DNA of 64,000 nt. Origin: Mobula hypostoma. Its lineage: Eukaryota. Positions 1 to 13,879 of this stretch are shown in pieces. The notes beneath the pieces are model-generated. The model made no database searches, was not told the origin of the DNA, and worked only from the letters and a program-made list of their open reading frames with translations. Each line of letters opens with the position of its first letter. The first letter of the stretch is position 1. Location: positions 25,050,001 through 25,114,000 of the forward strand of contig NC_086109.1 in the NCBI RefSeq assembly GCF_963921235.1. The letters are read 5' to 3'. The position numbers and the translations under genes are program-made.

Positions 1-430
1 CACTGTCATGCCTTCTTTAGAACTGCAACAATATGTTGGGCCAAGGATAGATCCTCAGAGATAATGATACCCAGGGACTTGAAATTGCTCACTCTTTTCA
101 CTTCTGATCCCTCTATGCGGACTGGTGTGCGTTCCCTCATCTTACCCTTTCTAAAGTCCACAATCAGTACCTTGGTCTTACTGACACTGAGTGCAAGGTT
201 GTTGCTGCGACATTACTCAACTAGCTGATATATCTCGCTCCTGCACGCCCTCTCATCTCCATCTGAAATTCTGCCAACAATATTGTCTGTAGATTTATAG
301 ATAGTATTTGAGCTGTGCCTAGCCACACAGTCATAGCTGTACAGAGTAGAGCAGGGGGCTAAGCACACGTTGTTGAGGTGTGCCAGTGTTGATTGTCAGC
401 AAGGGGATGTGTCAATCAGAGACTGTGGTC
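1..430 (-). mobile_element. Decayed Rex1/Babar-type LINE reverse transcriptase fragment
   Basis: The minus strand translates in pieces to VLSP.LYSLYSYDCVARHSSNTIYK...SNNLALSVSKTK.LIVDFRK, the RT core seen again at 10590, 35700 and 59350. Boundaries approximate. Confidence 0.75.
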
Positions 431-938
431 TTCTGGTTATTTTGACGTGTCTGAATCTATAGATATTTGAAACATATTACTATTGATCCAGCATCTCCAA
501 ATCCTCTACTTACAGTGACATCCAAATCTGCACATAGTTGATGAACACTAAACAGGAGAGAAAGAAAGGTGATTTAGAAACAGTACCCTTCCTTCCAGCC
601 TTCAACCCTTCTCATCCTGTCACTGCACAGCTTCCTGCTCAGGCACCCCGAACTTGGAGATATCTAGCTATCACCATTATGAGAAATGGTACCACCTGCC
701 AAAGGCTCCAATTATTGACCAAAATTATTGGCTACAAATTCAAATTAATTTTCTTTATCCCATAAGTGTGAAGGAGTTGAGTTCTTATGTGGTTGTTGGG
801 TATGCTGCAGAAACGAACATTGTGAATATATGGGGTTTGCAAGACATTTCCTTAATTTATAGACGCAAACAGCAGTTACATGTCCTATGAATTGAATATG
901 AATCACACAGTGCCATATTTCAAAAACTGTGTGTGCAT

Positions 939-2990
939 GTTGTCCATCGAAATCTGATGACAACGTCCACTCCTTTATCGGTGAGATCTTTGATGGCTAT
1001 ACAGTCCCATCCTGGACCCACAAGCTCTATTGCAGGTGGGACATGTATATGTAGTAGTGGTGGCAACCATGGCTGCATTTCTCCTAGCTCTCTTCTGCTG
1101 TCTTCAGGTTGTTCTTTCCATCTCCAGAATACGAACCCTGTCCCTACACAGCTGTCGCCAAGTGATACAGTCAACAGCAACATCCTCCAGGTCCTCGGGT
1201 CTGATCTTGCACTTCCTTAAAATATTCTTCATCTGATCCTTATCGCACTTCTTCGGCCCTCCAGCTGAGCGTCGATCATGATGTAGCTGGCCGTATAACA
1301 CTCTGCGGGGTAGCCGACATGGGGGCATCCTTATCACGTGCCCCAGCCACTGCAGCTGACGTTGGGTGATCATGGCCTCAATACTCCTGCAGTTGGTCCT
1401 TACAAGTATTTCAGTGTGAGATACCCGCTCACGCCAGGTAATTCCCAGGATGTGCTGGAGGCAGCTTATGTGGAAGCACTTCAAGGACTTGATGTGACTG
1501 CTGTAGGTTACCCAAGTTTTCCAGCTATAAAGGAGGGTGGTGACACAGACCTCTTGGTATACAGCGACCTTTGTGAAGAGACAAAGGCTCCTGTTCTGAA
1601 AGACTTTACACCGAAGTCTCCCAAAGGCAGCTGATGCCTGTTTAATGTGGATCTGGATGCCGTTGTCAATGCCACTATCCTCAGAGAGAATGCTCCCCAG
1701 ATATTTGAAATCTGGCACTTCTGACAGCTTTTCATCACCTGAAGGCAGGTAGAGTAGGTGAGACACTGGTACTCCATTGGCAAACCACTTCTGTCTTGGT
1801 GGTATTGACAGTCAGCCTCATCTTTCTGTACGCTTTCACCGCCACAGCAAGGACAGTCTGAAGATCCTCCGGAGTATGGGCCACAAGACCACAGTCGTCT
1901 GCATACTGCAGCTCCAGGACCCACTCTCTATGGAGTTTGGTGGTTGCGTGGAGCCTCCTAATGTCAAAGAGGTTGCCATCTAATCTGATGTCCACTGCCA
2001 CACCGCTGCTGTCTTCAATCTCGCTGTGGAGAAACTTGGTAACACACAAGAGGGAGATATTAAAGAGCGCTGGCGCTAGCACACACCCCTGCCTCACCCC
2101 TGTGCGTACAAGGAAGGGCTTGGACTCTTGTCCTCCTATGGTCACCCGAGCGGTAATCCTATCGTGGAACTGGTGGAGGAAGTTAATAAATTTATTGGGA
2201 CAGCCAAACCTGAGGAGGATATCCCATCAGAACTATCTTTGCAGTGTCAAATGCTTTGGAGAGGTCGACAAAGGCCAGAAGCAGGTGCTGATGTTGCTCC
2301 CGGCACTTTTCCTGAAGCTGCCAGGTTGTGAAGATCATGTCGATCATGCTGCTGTTCTTCCTAAATCCACACTGCGATTCAGGCAGCATTGACTCGGAGA
2401 TGTTGCTGATGAGTCTGCGAAGCATCACCCTAGCCAGGACCTTTCCAGCAACAGAAAGGAGTGATATGCCCCTACTATTGCCGCAGATGGCCTTTCACCC
2501 TTGTTCTTATAAATGACAACGATGTTTGCATTTCTCCATTGCTGTGGGATGTTTTCATCAGTCCAGGCCTTGGTGATGTACTGGTAGAGGGTGCGCATAC
2601 ACATGTAGGCTCCGTTCTTCAGTAACTCAGCAGGGATATTGTCCGTGCCAGGGGACTTGTCATTCTTAGGGGAATGGACAGCTGATAGAACCTCCTGGAA
2701 AGTTGGTGGTAAACTGAGGTCAGGGATAGGAGGAAGTTCAGGCAGTTCATCCAGGATGGTAGGGTCTGCGTCAGAGTCCTGATTAAGCAGGGTGTTCAAA
2801 TGCTCAGCCCACCTCAGCAGAATGGTATTCTGATTCTTCAGCAGTGTTAGACCATCAGCTGTTTTCAGGGGAGTAATGCATCGATTTATTGAGCCGTAGA
2901 TGGTTTTGACAGCATTGTAAAAATTATGCATGTCAACATTATCGGCAAAAGACTGGATTTCATGCGCCTTTTCAGTTCACCACTCATTGT
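939..2990 (-). mobile_element. 5'-truncated, frameshifted RTE-clade LINE (RT plus C-terminal CCHH zinc knuckle)
   Basis: Consecutive minus-strand ORFs give KSPGTDNIPAELLK, LPESQCGFR..LQEKCREQ..AFVDLSKAFDT, TGVRQGCVLAP..LQYADD, FKYLGSILS and WLGHVIRM..RLPRRVLYG. The end reads YTCPTCNRACGSRMGLYSHQRSH, followed by a short 3' UTR. Confidence 0.9.
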
Positions 2991-3012
2991 GTAGTTGGTG
3001 CATGCTGCATGC

Positions 3013-3040
3013 CACACAGACACACACAGACGCAGACACA

Positions 3041-3081
<41 letters not shown>
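3013..3081. repeat. (CA)n microsatellite
   Basis: Directly visible CA dinucleotide run with a few interruptions. Confidence 0.95.
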
Positions 3082-3084
<3 letters not shown>

Positions 3085-4411
3085 GTCATAAGTCATGGGG
3101 GCACCAAAATAGGGAAGATTAAATTGAAGAGTAGAAGATGAATCCAGAGATGAAGGTGATCAGGGGTTAGGATGAAAGCGAAGAGGCTGAGTTCAGGAAG
3201 GACAAGGAGGTTTATGCTCTTTATTGTAAGTGATCCCAAGCGTGGGTGTCTCTCAGTGAGAGAGATTTAGCTCCCTCAGTGTAATCTATTGTTGCCTGGA
3301 ACCTGATCAGTTATAAATAACCACATTTAATTCAGGCAGAGGGGTAAAGAAAACTAATTTGTTTCTTGATGCCTGGAATATACTTTCACTCAGATCCGTG
3401 GGTACAATCTTGTGATTTGGGGGGAAACTTAGGAACCCACACTGTAAATGAAAAAATGTTGACTCACAGTGCAAATTTTTCACTGTGCTTTCAGTCTTTT
3501 GTAACTTCAGTGAGCATCAATTGATTTTAGATTTTATTTTCTGTAGTAAAAGCCTTGAAGAATTGATCTGCTGGCCAGCTCCCAGATGGTCCGCAAACTA
3601 CAGTTTTGGACTGAAGTCAAAGATCTTTTCTGCAACAAACATGGGCAGCTAAACTCTGTTCACTCCTAAAACTACAGAAATGTCCTGTGTTATGAAAAAT
3701 AGTCCCTCCTTCCTGAGGCTGCTTTGTATTGTATGTGTGGATTTGAAGGAATAAACAAGTGCTGATTTTCAGCTAATAACTTAGATTTCCTGCAAGTGCT
3801 TGGTGCAAATAAAATGTTTCAGAAACCAAAACTCAGAGAGTGTTTTCCTTCTGGAATTGTATTCTTGAACTTGCTATAGCAGTTACATGACTTACTTACT
3901 TATTATGAAGCAGAATGAGGCCATTCAGTCCATCAAGCCAATAGAAACTCCCAGCAGAACAATCCCATCAGTCCTATTCTTCTTTAGCCCTACAATGTAC
4001 TCTTTCACATCTCCAGTGACTGACTCCCCTTTGATTCTCTTGCCCGGTACCTATACTAAGGGATCAATTAATATAAGGGAAGTCTAATATTATTGCCAGT
4101 TTGTCCCACGAATTTAAAGATCAGTTCTATTATTTTTTGTTTTCTATCCATATCATCAAGATTTTAAAAGATCTGTGTACATGGTCCTCCCTGTCTCTTC
4201 AAACCAGTGCTGTTTATAGTTTTTCAGCATTTAGAAAGTATTAATTCAGTCCTTGTCATGTTCAAAGTGGATGAATGCATATTTGTCTATATTGAAATAC
4301 CTCTTCCGTGGTTTTGTCCAGTCACTTAATCTATTAATAAGTCTTTGTAATTTAATGTTTCCATCTACACAGATTACAATGTAACTTTGTCATTGGCAAA
4401 GCTGGGTTCAT

Positions 4412-4625
4412 GTTCAGGTTCAAGTTTAATTGTCATTCAACCGTACATGAATACACATGAATGCCACCAAACAAAACAGCGTTACTCCGGGGCCAAGGTA
4501 CAAAGCACAGTACCAAAAGTCATACACAACACAAGGCACGTATAAGATAGCCAGCACATATAAGATAACAGTAAAATACAGTCACACAAAAGAGAAGTCT
4601 AAGACCCTGTGTCCATGAATGTTGT
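4412..4625 (-). mobile_element. Unclassified interspersed repeat (retroposon 3' tail-like); second copy at ~52487-52690
   Basis: tttaatt.t.attcaacc.tacat...gggccaaggt.caaa.cacagtacca..agtcatacaca.cacaag.cac.tata recurs at 52487-52690. Confidence 0.6.
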
Positions 4626-4629
4626 ATCA

Positions 4630-5210
4630 AACTTCTTTAGATGTACTGCAGAGAGCATTCTGACAGGCTGCATCACTGTCTGGTATGGGGAGGGGGGAGG
4701 TGGTCGGGGAGGCTACTGCACAGGACTGAAAGAAGCTGCAGAAGGTTGTAAATTTAGTCAGCTCCATTTTGAGTACTAGCCTACAAAGTACCCATCTTCA
4801 AGGAGCAGTGTCTCAGAAAGGCAGCGTCCATTTTTAAGGACCTCCAGCACCCAGGGCATGCCCTTTTCTCACTGTTATCATCAGGTAGGAGGTACAGAAG
4901 CCTGAAGGCACACACTCAGTGATTCAGGAACAGCTTCTTCCCCTCTGCCATCTGATTCCTAAATGGACATTGAACCCGTGAACACTACCTCACTTTTAAA
5001 ATATATATTATTTCTGTTTTTTTGTGCGATTTTTAATCTAGTCAATATACACATGCTGTAACTGATTTATTTATTTATTTATTTATTTATTTGTTTGTTT
5101 GTTTATTTATTTATTTTTCTTCTATATTATGGATTGCTTTGAACTGCTGCTGCTAAGTTAACAAATTTCACGTCATACGCCGGTGATAATAAACCTGATT
5201 CTGATTCTGT
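4630..5210 (+). mobile_element. Rex1/Babar LINE 3' fragment with (GATTCT)n tail
   Basis: Encodes ESILTGCITVWYG and SGRRYRSLKAHTQ.FRNSFFPSAI. Ends aataaacctgattctgattctg. Confidence 0.75.
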
Positions 5211-6383
5211 AAACATAATGCTCCTTGTCTTCTGCCAAACGAACACTAGGGGCAGTACCAACTCCAGCTTGGACTCCGTTGCCTTGCTCCTGGTCGGCTG
5301 TAAACAGGCAACACCATGGCTTGAGGCCTAATCTTCTCTACATCCAAGGTAACACAGTTCCCCTGCCATTTGCCAATATTTTGACTCTTAGTCCTATCAA
5401 ATGAATTGGTCATAAATATGATGCTCCCACAAGTTAGCACTGAAATTCTATGCATTCCTGCCTCTGGATATCTATACTCAGATGTTGCATGTTCCCGCTC
5501 TCAAGTGCTGATGTACCTAGTGTGCGCTTGCCACCGAGCATTTACAGGGGTGAAGGAAAGAAAGCTTCCTAAATGGGGATTGAAGAGTAAAAGATGTGCT
5601 CCATTGAATTGGATAGCGATCAGAGTCCATGGCTGGTCCATAAGGTTTTTTAGGGTGCGAGAGGCTCAGAAGGAAAGTACAGGCAATATTTCAAAAGTAA
5701 AAAAAGAGTTAAGACAATCAGTTAACACTTCAAAATTGTATTTAAGATGGCAAATTGTGAGGTTCTCTTTATAGGGTGTGGTGCTCTGCAGGAGTCGCAT
5801 GACAGTTTAGTTTAGAACCGAAGAAATTTGGTATAAAAGATGCAGAACATCATGGGTACTTGAACAGGCCTGCACATTTTGCACGGACAAAGGTATTTAA
5901 ACCATTGTTGTAGATTTTCACCCTTTGGAACATACTTATCCTCTACTCTTTATGTTCAAATTGACATGAAGTAGATAGCAGAGTTCAAGCAACCACGAAA
6001 AAACCAGAATGATCTTAATGGAGAATTTTAATTTTCATAAGGTTTGGAATAAGAATCCCATCTCTTGACAAAAAGGAACAGAATTTCTTGTATTTAATCC
6101 AATTTTAGGTTAGTATTGTGTGATAGGTCAGATTTAATTAACAATTGATTAACTACCTAATTGTTCATCTAAATAGCTGTCATAATATGATCAACCAAGG
6201 CAGTGCTTGACACAGAGAAATACAAACTATAAGTGGATTTTGGTAATGGCATTGAAACAAAAACAACTTACAGCAAATGGATAATTTTTTTACTGTGTAA
6301 AATAACTGAAGATCAATGGACGGTGTTTAAAATTATAGTTTGGAAACTGTTGACCATAGCAGTGATACCCTGCCACACTTGAT

Positions 6384-6635
6384 GCAACACACACACAAAA
6401 TGCTGGAGGAACTCAGCTATCCAGGCAGTATCTAAGGGGGGGAATGTACAATAGATATTTTGGGCCGAGACTCTTTAGCAGGACTTGAAAGGAAGGGGGC
6501 AGAATCCAGAATAACTTTCCAGTCATTATGAAAAGTTTCAGCCCAAACAAAATCATCAATTATTTACTCCTCTCCATAGATTCTCCCTGCCCTGATGAGT
6601 TCCTTCAGCATTTTGTGTGTGTTGCTCAAGATTTC
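6384..6635. mobile_element. Fold-back (inverted-repeat) Penelope-derived non-autonomous element, degenerate
   Basis: gcaacacacacacaaaatgctggaggaactcag at the left is the near reverse complement of gagttccttcagcattttgtgtgtgttgc at the right. Same terminal repeat family as 29571-31067. Confidence 0.75.
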
Positions 6636-7347
6636 TTCCTTCAGTCTGTCCTCAAGATAGCTTCCTTCTATCTTGCAAGGAAACATAAGATATGGATTTA
6701 GGAGGGAGTGCACACAATTGAGTTACTTTGACCAAGGTTAAGTTACAAGAATTATATCATTTATTTCTTATGGCTTATGTGCTGATTTGATTGTTTTGAT
6801 TGGTTTTCAAGGTATCAGGGGATCAGAGAGTGAAAGAGAAAAAAATTGTGGCAGAATTCAAGACAAAGGAACACAATACAGAAATTAAAACCAGGTTTTC
6901 AGTGTGAAAGTTAGGAAACATGAACTATAGTGGACATTGATAATAGGTCAACTTCTAATTTTAAAGTGGGGATTGATAGATTTTCGTTATCCAAAAGCAG
7001 TAAGGGATATGGTGATATGGAGTAGAGATGGCTAGATGGGATGATGTCCCAAATCAGATGCCATCCCATTACAAGGTGAAATAGGGCTTAGGGGTATAGA
7101 AGGTTGTCTTTTTTTATATGGATGTGTATTTCTGCTGCTGGATATTGTGCCCGGGTATCCACAGTAGGATTCAATATATTTGTCTATGTAGTTAAACAAA
7201 TTTGATGATACAGGAACAGACCAATTGATCCATCAAGTCTGCCACATGATGGGTGAAGATGTAGCAAATATTCTCTGTAAAGTTCACTACTTTCTACAAT
7301 CAGGAATGGATATTATAATCTCAAAAGAGAAACAACATTCACTATAT

Positions 7348-7760
7348 CGCTAGAGGAACTCGGCAGGTCGTGCAGCATCTATGGAGGGGAATAAACAATC
7401 GATGCTTTGGTTAGAGACACTTCATCAGGAATGGGATAGAAGCCAGAATAAGAAGGTGGGGGAGGGGTAACGTATGAGTTGGCCGAGGTGTAAGTGAAAA
7501 CGGGTGAGGGAAAAAGTAGGTGGGTGGGGAAGGGTGATGAAGTAAGAAGCTGGGAGGTGGTAGGTGGTAGATGAGTGAAGGGCTGAAGAAGATAGAATCT
7601 AATAGGAGGGGGCAGTGGACAGTGGAAGAAAAAGAAGGAGGAGGGGAGCAGAGGGAGGAGATGGGCAGGTGAGGAAAAGAGAAGGGGTGAGACGGGACTT
7701 CTCCAGCACTTTTATGTGTTCTCCTTGAGATTTCCAGCACCTGCCAAATCTTTTGTTTTT
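7348..7760 (-). mobile_element. Penelope-type terminal repeat copy with degenerate hammerhead motif and short inverted tail
   Basis: Minus strand reads cctgatgaagtgtctctaaccaaagcatcgattg. Purine-rich body and gatttccagcacctgc tail match the other copies. Confidence 0.65.
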
Positions 7761-8274
7761 ATGATCTACCATATCAATCATTCTAAAGCTTCATTCCTTC
7801 CTAGGAGAAGATCCACCCAGTAACCTGACTAATTCCACCCTGATGTATTTTATCTGAGGTTTCAGCTCTTTTCTTTACCTGAGATACCTTCCTTCCAGTC
7901 AATTAATTAAATAATTAAAGGATTGGTTGGCATATTGGGAAGCATCCAATAGGCATTCCTTCCAATCCCTTATTGAATTAATAATCCTTTCTTAGCCTGG
8001 AGCTTATCATGGTCACAAATAGTAGAAGACTCAAAACCATAAAAGCACACACAAATGTGTTACTTCATAGGAAATATAATGTTACAAAAGCACTAACAAT
8101 AACTGAAAGTTTAGAAGCTTTGAAAACAACAATGCAATGAAAAGTTACACTTGCCATATTAAATTCAAGTATTGAGACACTCCTGGATCCTGGCCACTTT
8201 AATGTACAATATTCTTTAGAACATAAAAGCATTTCTATAACCTTTCAAAATGTGTTCACTAAGTTTATTGCTGA

Positions 8275-8720
8275 ATCCAAGATTCAAAGTACATTTATTA
8301 TCAAGTATGTATTCAGTACACAACCCTGAGATTCATCTTCCCATAGACAGCCACAAAGCAAAGAAAACCCTGGAACTCGATCAAAGAAAAGCATCAAACC
8401 CCCCACCCCCATTCATAAAAAAGAAACAAATTGCGCAAAGGGCAAAAAAACATGAGCGAGAAACACAGAATATAAAACACCAAAACAAAAGGGTCCAGGC
8501 ATATTCAGTTCAGTTCAATCTAGAGCTGCAGTTCATTATCGGCAGGCTGTCCCGATCAAAATCACCCAAAATAGCAACACAAAAGGAGTGATCAGGAACC
8601 AGAAACACATCATAATGTGTACCAGAGTCCAATCCATAACTGCGTCAATTAAACCTTGCCCAAGACTCAGAACTGCAGCATAACCTTCCAGCAGCATCGA
8701 GCGAGAGGGAGAGAGAGACC
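8275..8720 (-). mobile_element. Non-coding retroposon with Rex1-like 3' tail; related copy at 51260-51570
   Basis: ttcaaagtacatttattatcaagtatgtat..caaccctgagattcatcttc is the reverse complement of the Rex1 tail at 47230-47295, and recurs at 51260. Confidence 0.55.
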
Positions 8721-10589
8721 TTCGCTATGGGTGATCTTCAGCTGATCCAACATTTGATACAGGGCACTTTATCCAATGGCTGTGGATTCAAGTCCTAACT
8801 CCAGAAGTTTGAGCATAACATCCAATTTAATAGTCTGGAGTATTGAGTGTGTACAAATCTCCCAGTACTAAGGAAATGTCATACTGTCTGTGAGCCAGTA
8901 TATTGTGAGGGTCAGCAATGAGGCAGTAATACACTCTTAGAGAAGCAGTACTGAAGCCTCATCTGTCTTCTCAAGTAGAGATAAAAAAAAATACAGTGGA
9001 TCTTCAAAAAAGAGCAATGAATTTATTCTGATTTTACTAACTAAACAACGTCAAGTTTATTGGTTATGATTTAAAGCAGTTTAAGAAACTTTACTAAATT
9101 GCATCTCTTACAAAGGTACATACTATAGAGAAATCTGAGCTTGATAAAGGCATTAAATAATTGCTTCACAGATAGTTTCACGGAAGTTCAAATTATAGTC
9201 CCAAAACTATTCAGGACTCCTCTCTGAAATGGGTTTTCAAGATAGACACCAGCTAACAATACATCAGACCAATCATGGTAACCTTCCCTTCATCACCATT
9301 CACAATTATAGTTCACAGTTAATTCCTGCCAGTTGAATGAAGGTTAAGATCATTGAGCAGCCATAACCTTCAAGAAAGACAAAGGGAAAAAACAAGAAAA
9401 AAGTTACATTTCACAGGAATCAGAATGTTCCAGAAACAGAAACAATAATTGCTGAACATGTTTAATTCTGAATACAGTAGCAGTTTTCATACCCAGAGTT
9501 TTCCGGTCTTTATTGTAAGATTGTTAAATGAAAATCTAATTGAGGGATTACCAATAATGGAAGTAAGTTACCAAATTAAAAGACAGATAAAAAGTGAGGG
9601 GCAATTGAGATCGTAAATCCTGATTTTCTCAGTTCTCTACCTGAACTGAATGAAGCCTGATTGGACCCTTGCTTAAAAGATTAAGAATGGTCTCTGTCTC
9701 CTAGATCAAGCTATCGAGGCCAGTGAGAGAGGTCAGAAACAGATAGCAAGTCAGACAGATGGGGGCATCTCATCTTCCTCAGTGACTGGGATACAAAAAC
9801 TAATTGTAAACGTTTTATTTTTTATTTTAAACAGTAGAGTAGAATTTGTTATCCGAATACAAAGTGTTGAAGGATGCCGAATGAATGATGCACTTGGTAG
9901 ATTAATCATACTGTGAATCCTAACTAGACAAGAGAAAGTACAAGCAAGGTAAATGTGCATTAGGAGGATTAGAATTATCAGAAGACAAATTTGAAAGGGC
10001 CTGGGAATGGGGGAGGGGGAGTAGATTCACCACTTTTGATAACAACATAATTAAAAGAAGAAATTCCAACAATCAGAGCATTGAATAATGAAACAAAACT
10101 GCTGGATGTGAGGGGTAATTGTTAATCTTTAAGCTCCTCGAACTTGCTTGAACAGCAGAAGCACAACCAGGAATTTGGGAAACTGCCAAGTTTGTGGCCG
10201 CTGCAAATTTTACATCCATTAACAGTAATGGATAGAAATCACAAGAACCACAAACTGAATGCATACTTGAATGCATAATCAGTGCTCCTTGTGATTGGGG
10301 GGTGATGGGATTTATCCTTGCCTACAAGAGTAGTTACTGGGGAGACTCAATGCGCCAATAGAATTTATGCCAAGAGCAGATTAGCATTAACTCTCCAAAC
10401 TGAAGAAACAATTTAGGGAGAAAAGCTTTTTTTTTCTGAATCCCAAATATTTTCACTTAGGCATCTAATATATATAGTTTGAATCAATTTATCTTTCATA
10501 TTTGGGTTTGTTTGGATGACCTTTACTCAGTAAGGCAGCAAACTTTTGGTATTTAAGAAAAATGCCATTTATAAATTTGCTGATAATAC

Positions 10590-11040
10590 AACCGTTGCAG
10601 ACAGAATTTCAGATGCTGACAAAAGGGCGTACAGGAACAAGATATACCAGCTAGCTGAGTGATGTTGCAGCAATAACAGACATCCCACCCTGCAAAAACT
10701 CATTTCAGGGAGGTAGCACCATCAATTTGCGGGAGACTCCCGGAACTTCCAGGAGAGGTGGGATGTCTGCAATAGAGTGGCTCCTTAGCAACTAGCCAGC
10801 TAGTTTAAATAACATTAGCTATGCTAATGAACGAATGACACCTGTTAAACTCACCTCAACATGTCTTTTACAGTCTTAACCCACCATGGGCAATAGAAAA
10901 GTCACTGTTTCAAACAGTGCAGCAAGCAACACTGTCATTATTTTTGACCCCTATTAGGCAGGGGTACACTTTAGGGTAGTCTGGGGTGACGTACGTTTTA
11001 TATTTTCTTTCTTTGGAACACTCTGCCATGGCGCGCGCTA

Positions 11041-11080
<40 letters not shown>

Positions 11081-11955
11081 ACGCTCTCTCACTTGCTCTC
11101 AAAAAAAATTGATATCTGGGATATTGTGTATAATTTGCGGGCATCAGGGAGCCACTATTAATATGCAGGAGACTCCTGGAACTTCTGGGAGAGGTGGGAT
11201 GTCTGCAATAATCTTGCTCTCAATGTTAGTAAGACCAAAGAGCTCATTGTGGACTTCAGAAAGGGGAAGACGAGGGTACACAAACCAATCCTCATAGAGA
11301 GATCAGAAGTGGAGAGAATGAGCTATTTCATGTTTCTGTGTATCACTATCTCTGAGGACCTAACCTGAACACAACTGAATAATGCAGCTAAAAAGAAGGC
11401 AAGACAGCGGATATATTTCATTAGGAGTTTGAGGAGTTTTGATTTGTCAACTAAAACACTACTTCTACAAATGTACCGTGGAAAGCATCCTGACTGGCTA
11501 CATCACCCTTTGGTATGGCGGGGGGGGGGGTGCGCTACTGTGCAAGATCAAAATATGTTGCAGAAACTTGTAAAAATAGTCAGCTCGATCATGGGTGCAA
11601 GCTTCTATAGTATCCAAAGCATCTTCAAGGAGCAGTGCCTTAGGAAGGCAGCATCTATCATTAAGGATCCCCAATACCCAGGTCATGCCCTCTTTACACT
11701 GTTACCATCAGGAAGGAGATACAGAAGCCTAAAGGCACACACTCCACGATTCAGGATCAGCTTCTTCCCCTCTAACATCTGGTTTCTAAATGGATATTGA
11801 ACCCATGAACACTACCTCACTACTTTTTTATTTCTGTTTTTTCGCAATACTTATTTTAACTTAACTACTTAGTAGACACATATGTACTGCATGAAGCTCA
11901 GGTTTTTTTATTCTCTATATTTATTTGTCATGTATTTCATTGTACTGCTGTTGTA
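10590..11955 (+). mobile_element. Rex1/Babar LINE fragment interrupted by a TIR element
   Basis: YKFADNTTV...SNNLALNVSKTKELIVDFRKG is continuous once 10677-11205 is removed. The 3' part encodes LRKAASIIKDP.YPGHALFTLLPSGRRYRSL. Confidence 0.85.
10677..11205. mobile_element. Non-autonomous DNA transposon with 13-bp TIRs and 6-bp TSD
   Basis: cagacatcccacc (10677-10689) / ggtgggatgtctg (11193-11205), flanked by caataa at 10671-10676 and 11206-11211. Confidence 0.85.
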
Positions 11956-12512
11956 ACGTTTTCCATAGATTCTGCCTGGCCTGCTGAGTTCCTGCAGCAT
12001 TTTGTGTGTGATGCTTATGATGAACTTGAAAGCCATTTGCACGGTTCTTTAATAAAATTAATGAAAATAGAACTTCTGCCTGGTTGAGTTTTAATTCCAG
12101 CAAATAACTTGCTACCCACTTGGGGAAATTTGCAGAAGTCAATTAATTTATGAAGCATAATTACAACGTAGGAGGAAACCAGAGTGTCTCAAGGAAAGGC
12201 ACATGATTACTAATCTCTAAACAAACAGGAATGAAAGTCAGGATGAAATCCAGGCCTCTGGACTACAAAGGCGCAGTAATATTTACCATGTCGCCGGGCT
12301 GCCCGATATAGTTGATCACAGGAATGGCAAGTTGGAGATAGAGGAAAACTGAGCAGAAATTACCAAATGCCTTTTCTCATTCTGAACTGTTTTCCCTGAA
12401 TATAATACCTCAAAATAGAAGTAACCAATCTAAATATGTTGATAAATGTGGACAAGTATCTGCCATGATGAATATTTGGAGATGGGTCAGGCCATATTTG
12501 TTTACTGTAGAG

Positions 12513-12590
12513 CAGGTGTTCCCAACCTTTTTAATGCCATGGACCAATACTGTTGAGTAAGGGTTTGTGGACCCCAGGTTGGGAATCCTG
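12513..12590. mobile_element. Small hAT/Charlie-like MITE
   Basis: Imperfect TIR caggtgttcccaacct / aggttgggaatcctg. TSD not well preserved. Confidence 0.6.
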
Positions 12591-12608
12591 AGGTAGTTCA
12601 CAATAAAG

Positions 12609-12912
12609 ATTTAAAGATTAAGATTAACTTTATTTCTCACATGTACATCAAAACATACAATGAACTGCATTGTTTGTGTCAACAACCAACGTAGTCACAG
12701 GATGTGCTGAGGGCAGCCTACAAGTGTCACCACCCTTCCGATGTCAACATAGTCTGCCCACAGCCTACTAACCCTATCCTGTACATCTTTGGAATTGGGA
12801 GAAAATTGGATCTCCTGGAGGAAACCCGTGCAGTCTTGCGGAGAACTCCTGACAGATAGCAACGGGAACTGAACCCTAATATTCCGGTCGTTATGCAAAC
12901 GGCTACACTACC
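12609..12912 (-). mobile_element. V-SINE-like tRNA-derived SINE
   Basis: Minus strand has a gggttcagttccc B-box-like motif, then ttctccgcaagactgcacgggtttcctccaggagatcc..ttctcccaattccaaagatgtacagg (V-domain-like), and an aataaag-(taatct)n tail. Confidence 0.7.
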
Positions 12913-13879
12913 ATAAAGGGAGAAAGGGAAGGCCAGACTTCAGTTCATAGTGGTCTTTGCAAGACAACAAAGTATTTCATTGTTAGTTGTTCATCTATGG
13001 TGACCTGTATGGGGAACATCACAGGATAGACTTAGAGTTATGAGGAGAGGAGCTGAGAGATACACGGGGGTGGGGGGGTGGTTGGGGGGAGAGCATAGGA
13101 TGGTATACATGATGATCAAATATGTCAAATATGTATTGATTTTTAAATCTTTTCCAGTGTGAAAGAAACAGTTTTAAACTAAATTAATTTAGTTTCCATC
13201 TGAGTTTGAACGGCACTCTAATGAGAATGATTTGTTAAGCAAGGAATCAGGCAATGGTTTCTGTTGGTGAAGAGAGCAGAGGATTAATATGTTTTTAGTT
13301 GACACACTCTGGTCAATGAGACTAGTTGGATTAAATGCACTAGAGCTGTAGTGTAGAGAATGCAATGCAGGGACTACCCAGTGATTCTACTGGTTGTCAG
13401 CTGAGTTCAGAAATTGTACTGGTTTCTCCAGAAGTAAAACAGCCTGTGTCGCCTCTGAGAAGCCATCACTTGTGTTGGTACTAATTGGGGGTGGGAGGTG
13501 GAATCAAATTTCCAGCGTCAAATGAGAAAAGGGATCTTTACAATGGGTTAATAGGTATCAAGAAAACATGGTGCAATTGATACTGGGAGTAACCAGGGGA
13601 AACTGAGGGGTATGAGTAAGGGACCAGAGGTACAAGGCCGATGTACAGGGAGTGAGGAGGTTGAATAATACACAGATGGGGCTGAAAGACATAGGGGCTG
13701 AGGTACTGAAAGCTACAAAAATGAGTTTTCAGAGATTCAAGGTGAGAGATCAGTAGACCCAGGATGTAAGATGCATGGGGAGCATCACAGAGGAGACTAA
13801 GAGGGATTGAGGTATTTGGGGGGAGGCATAGGATGGTATACATGGGAAGGATTTATACAGTGGACATGGAGAGATTAAT

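Noticed and set aside
6440..6560. Functional hammerheads in old copies (also 7395, 22915, 36555, 37330, 61890, 63607)
   Set aside because: The core boxes CTGANGA and/or GAAAC are mutated or deleted, so these are recorded only as family members.
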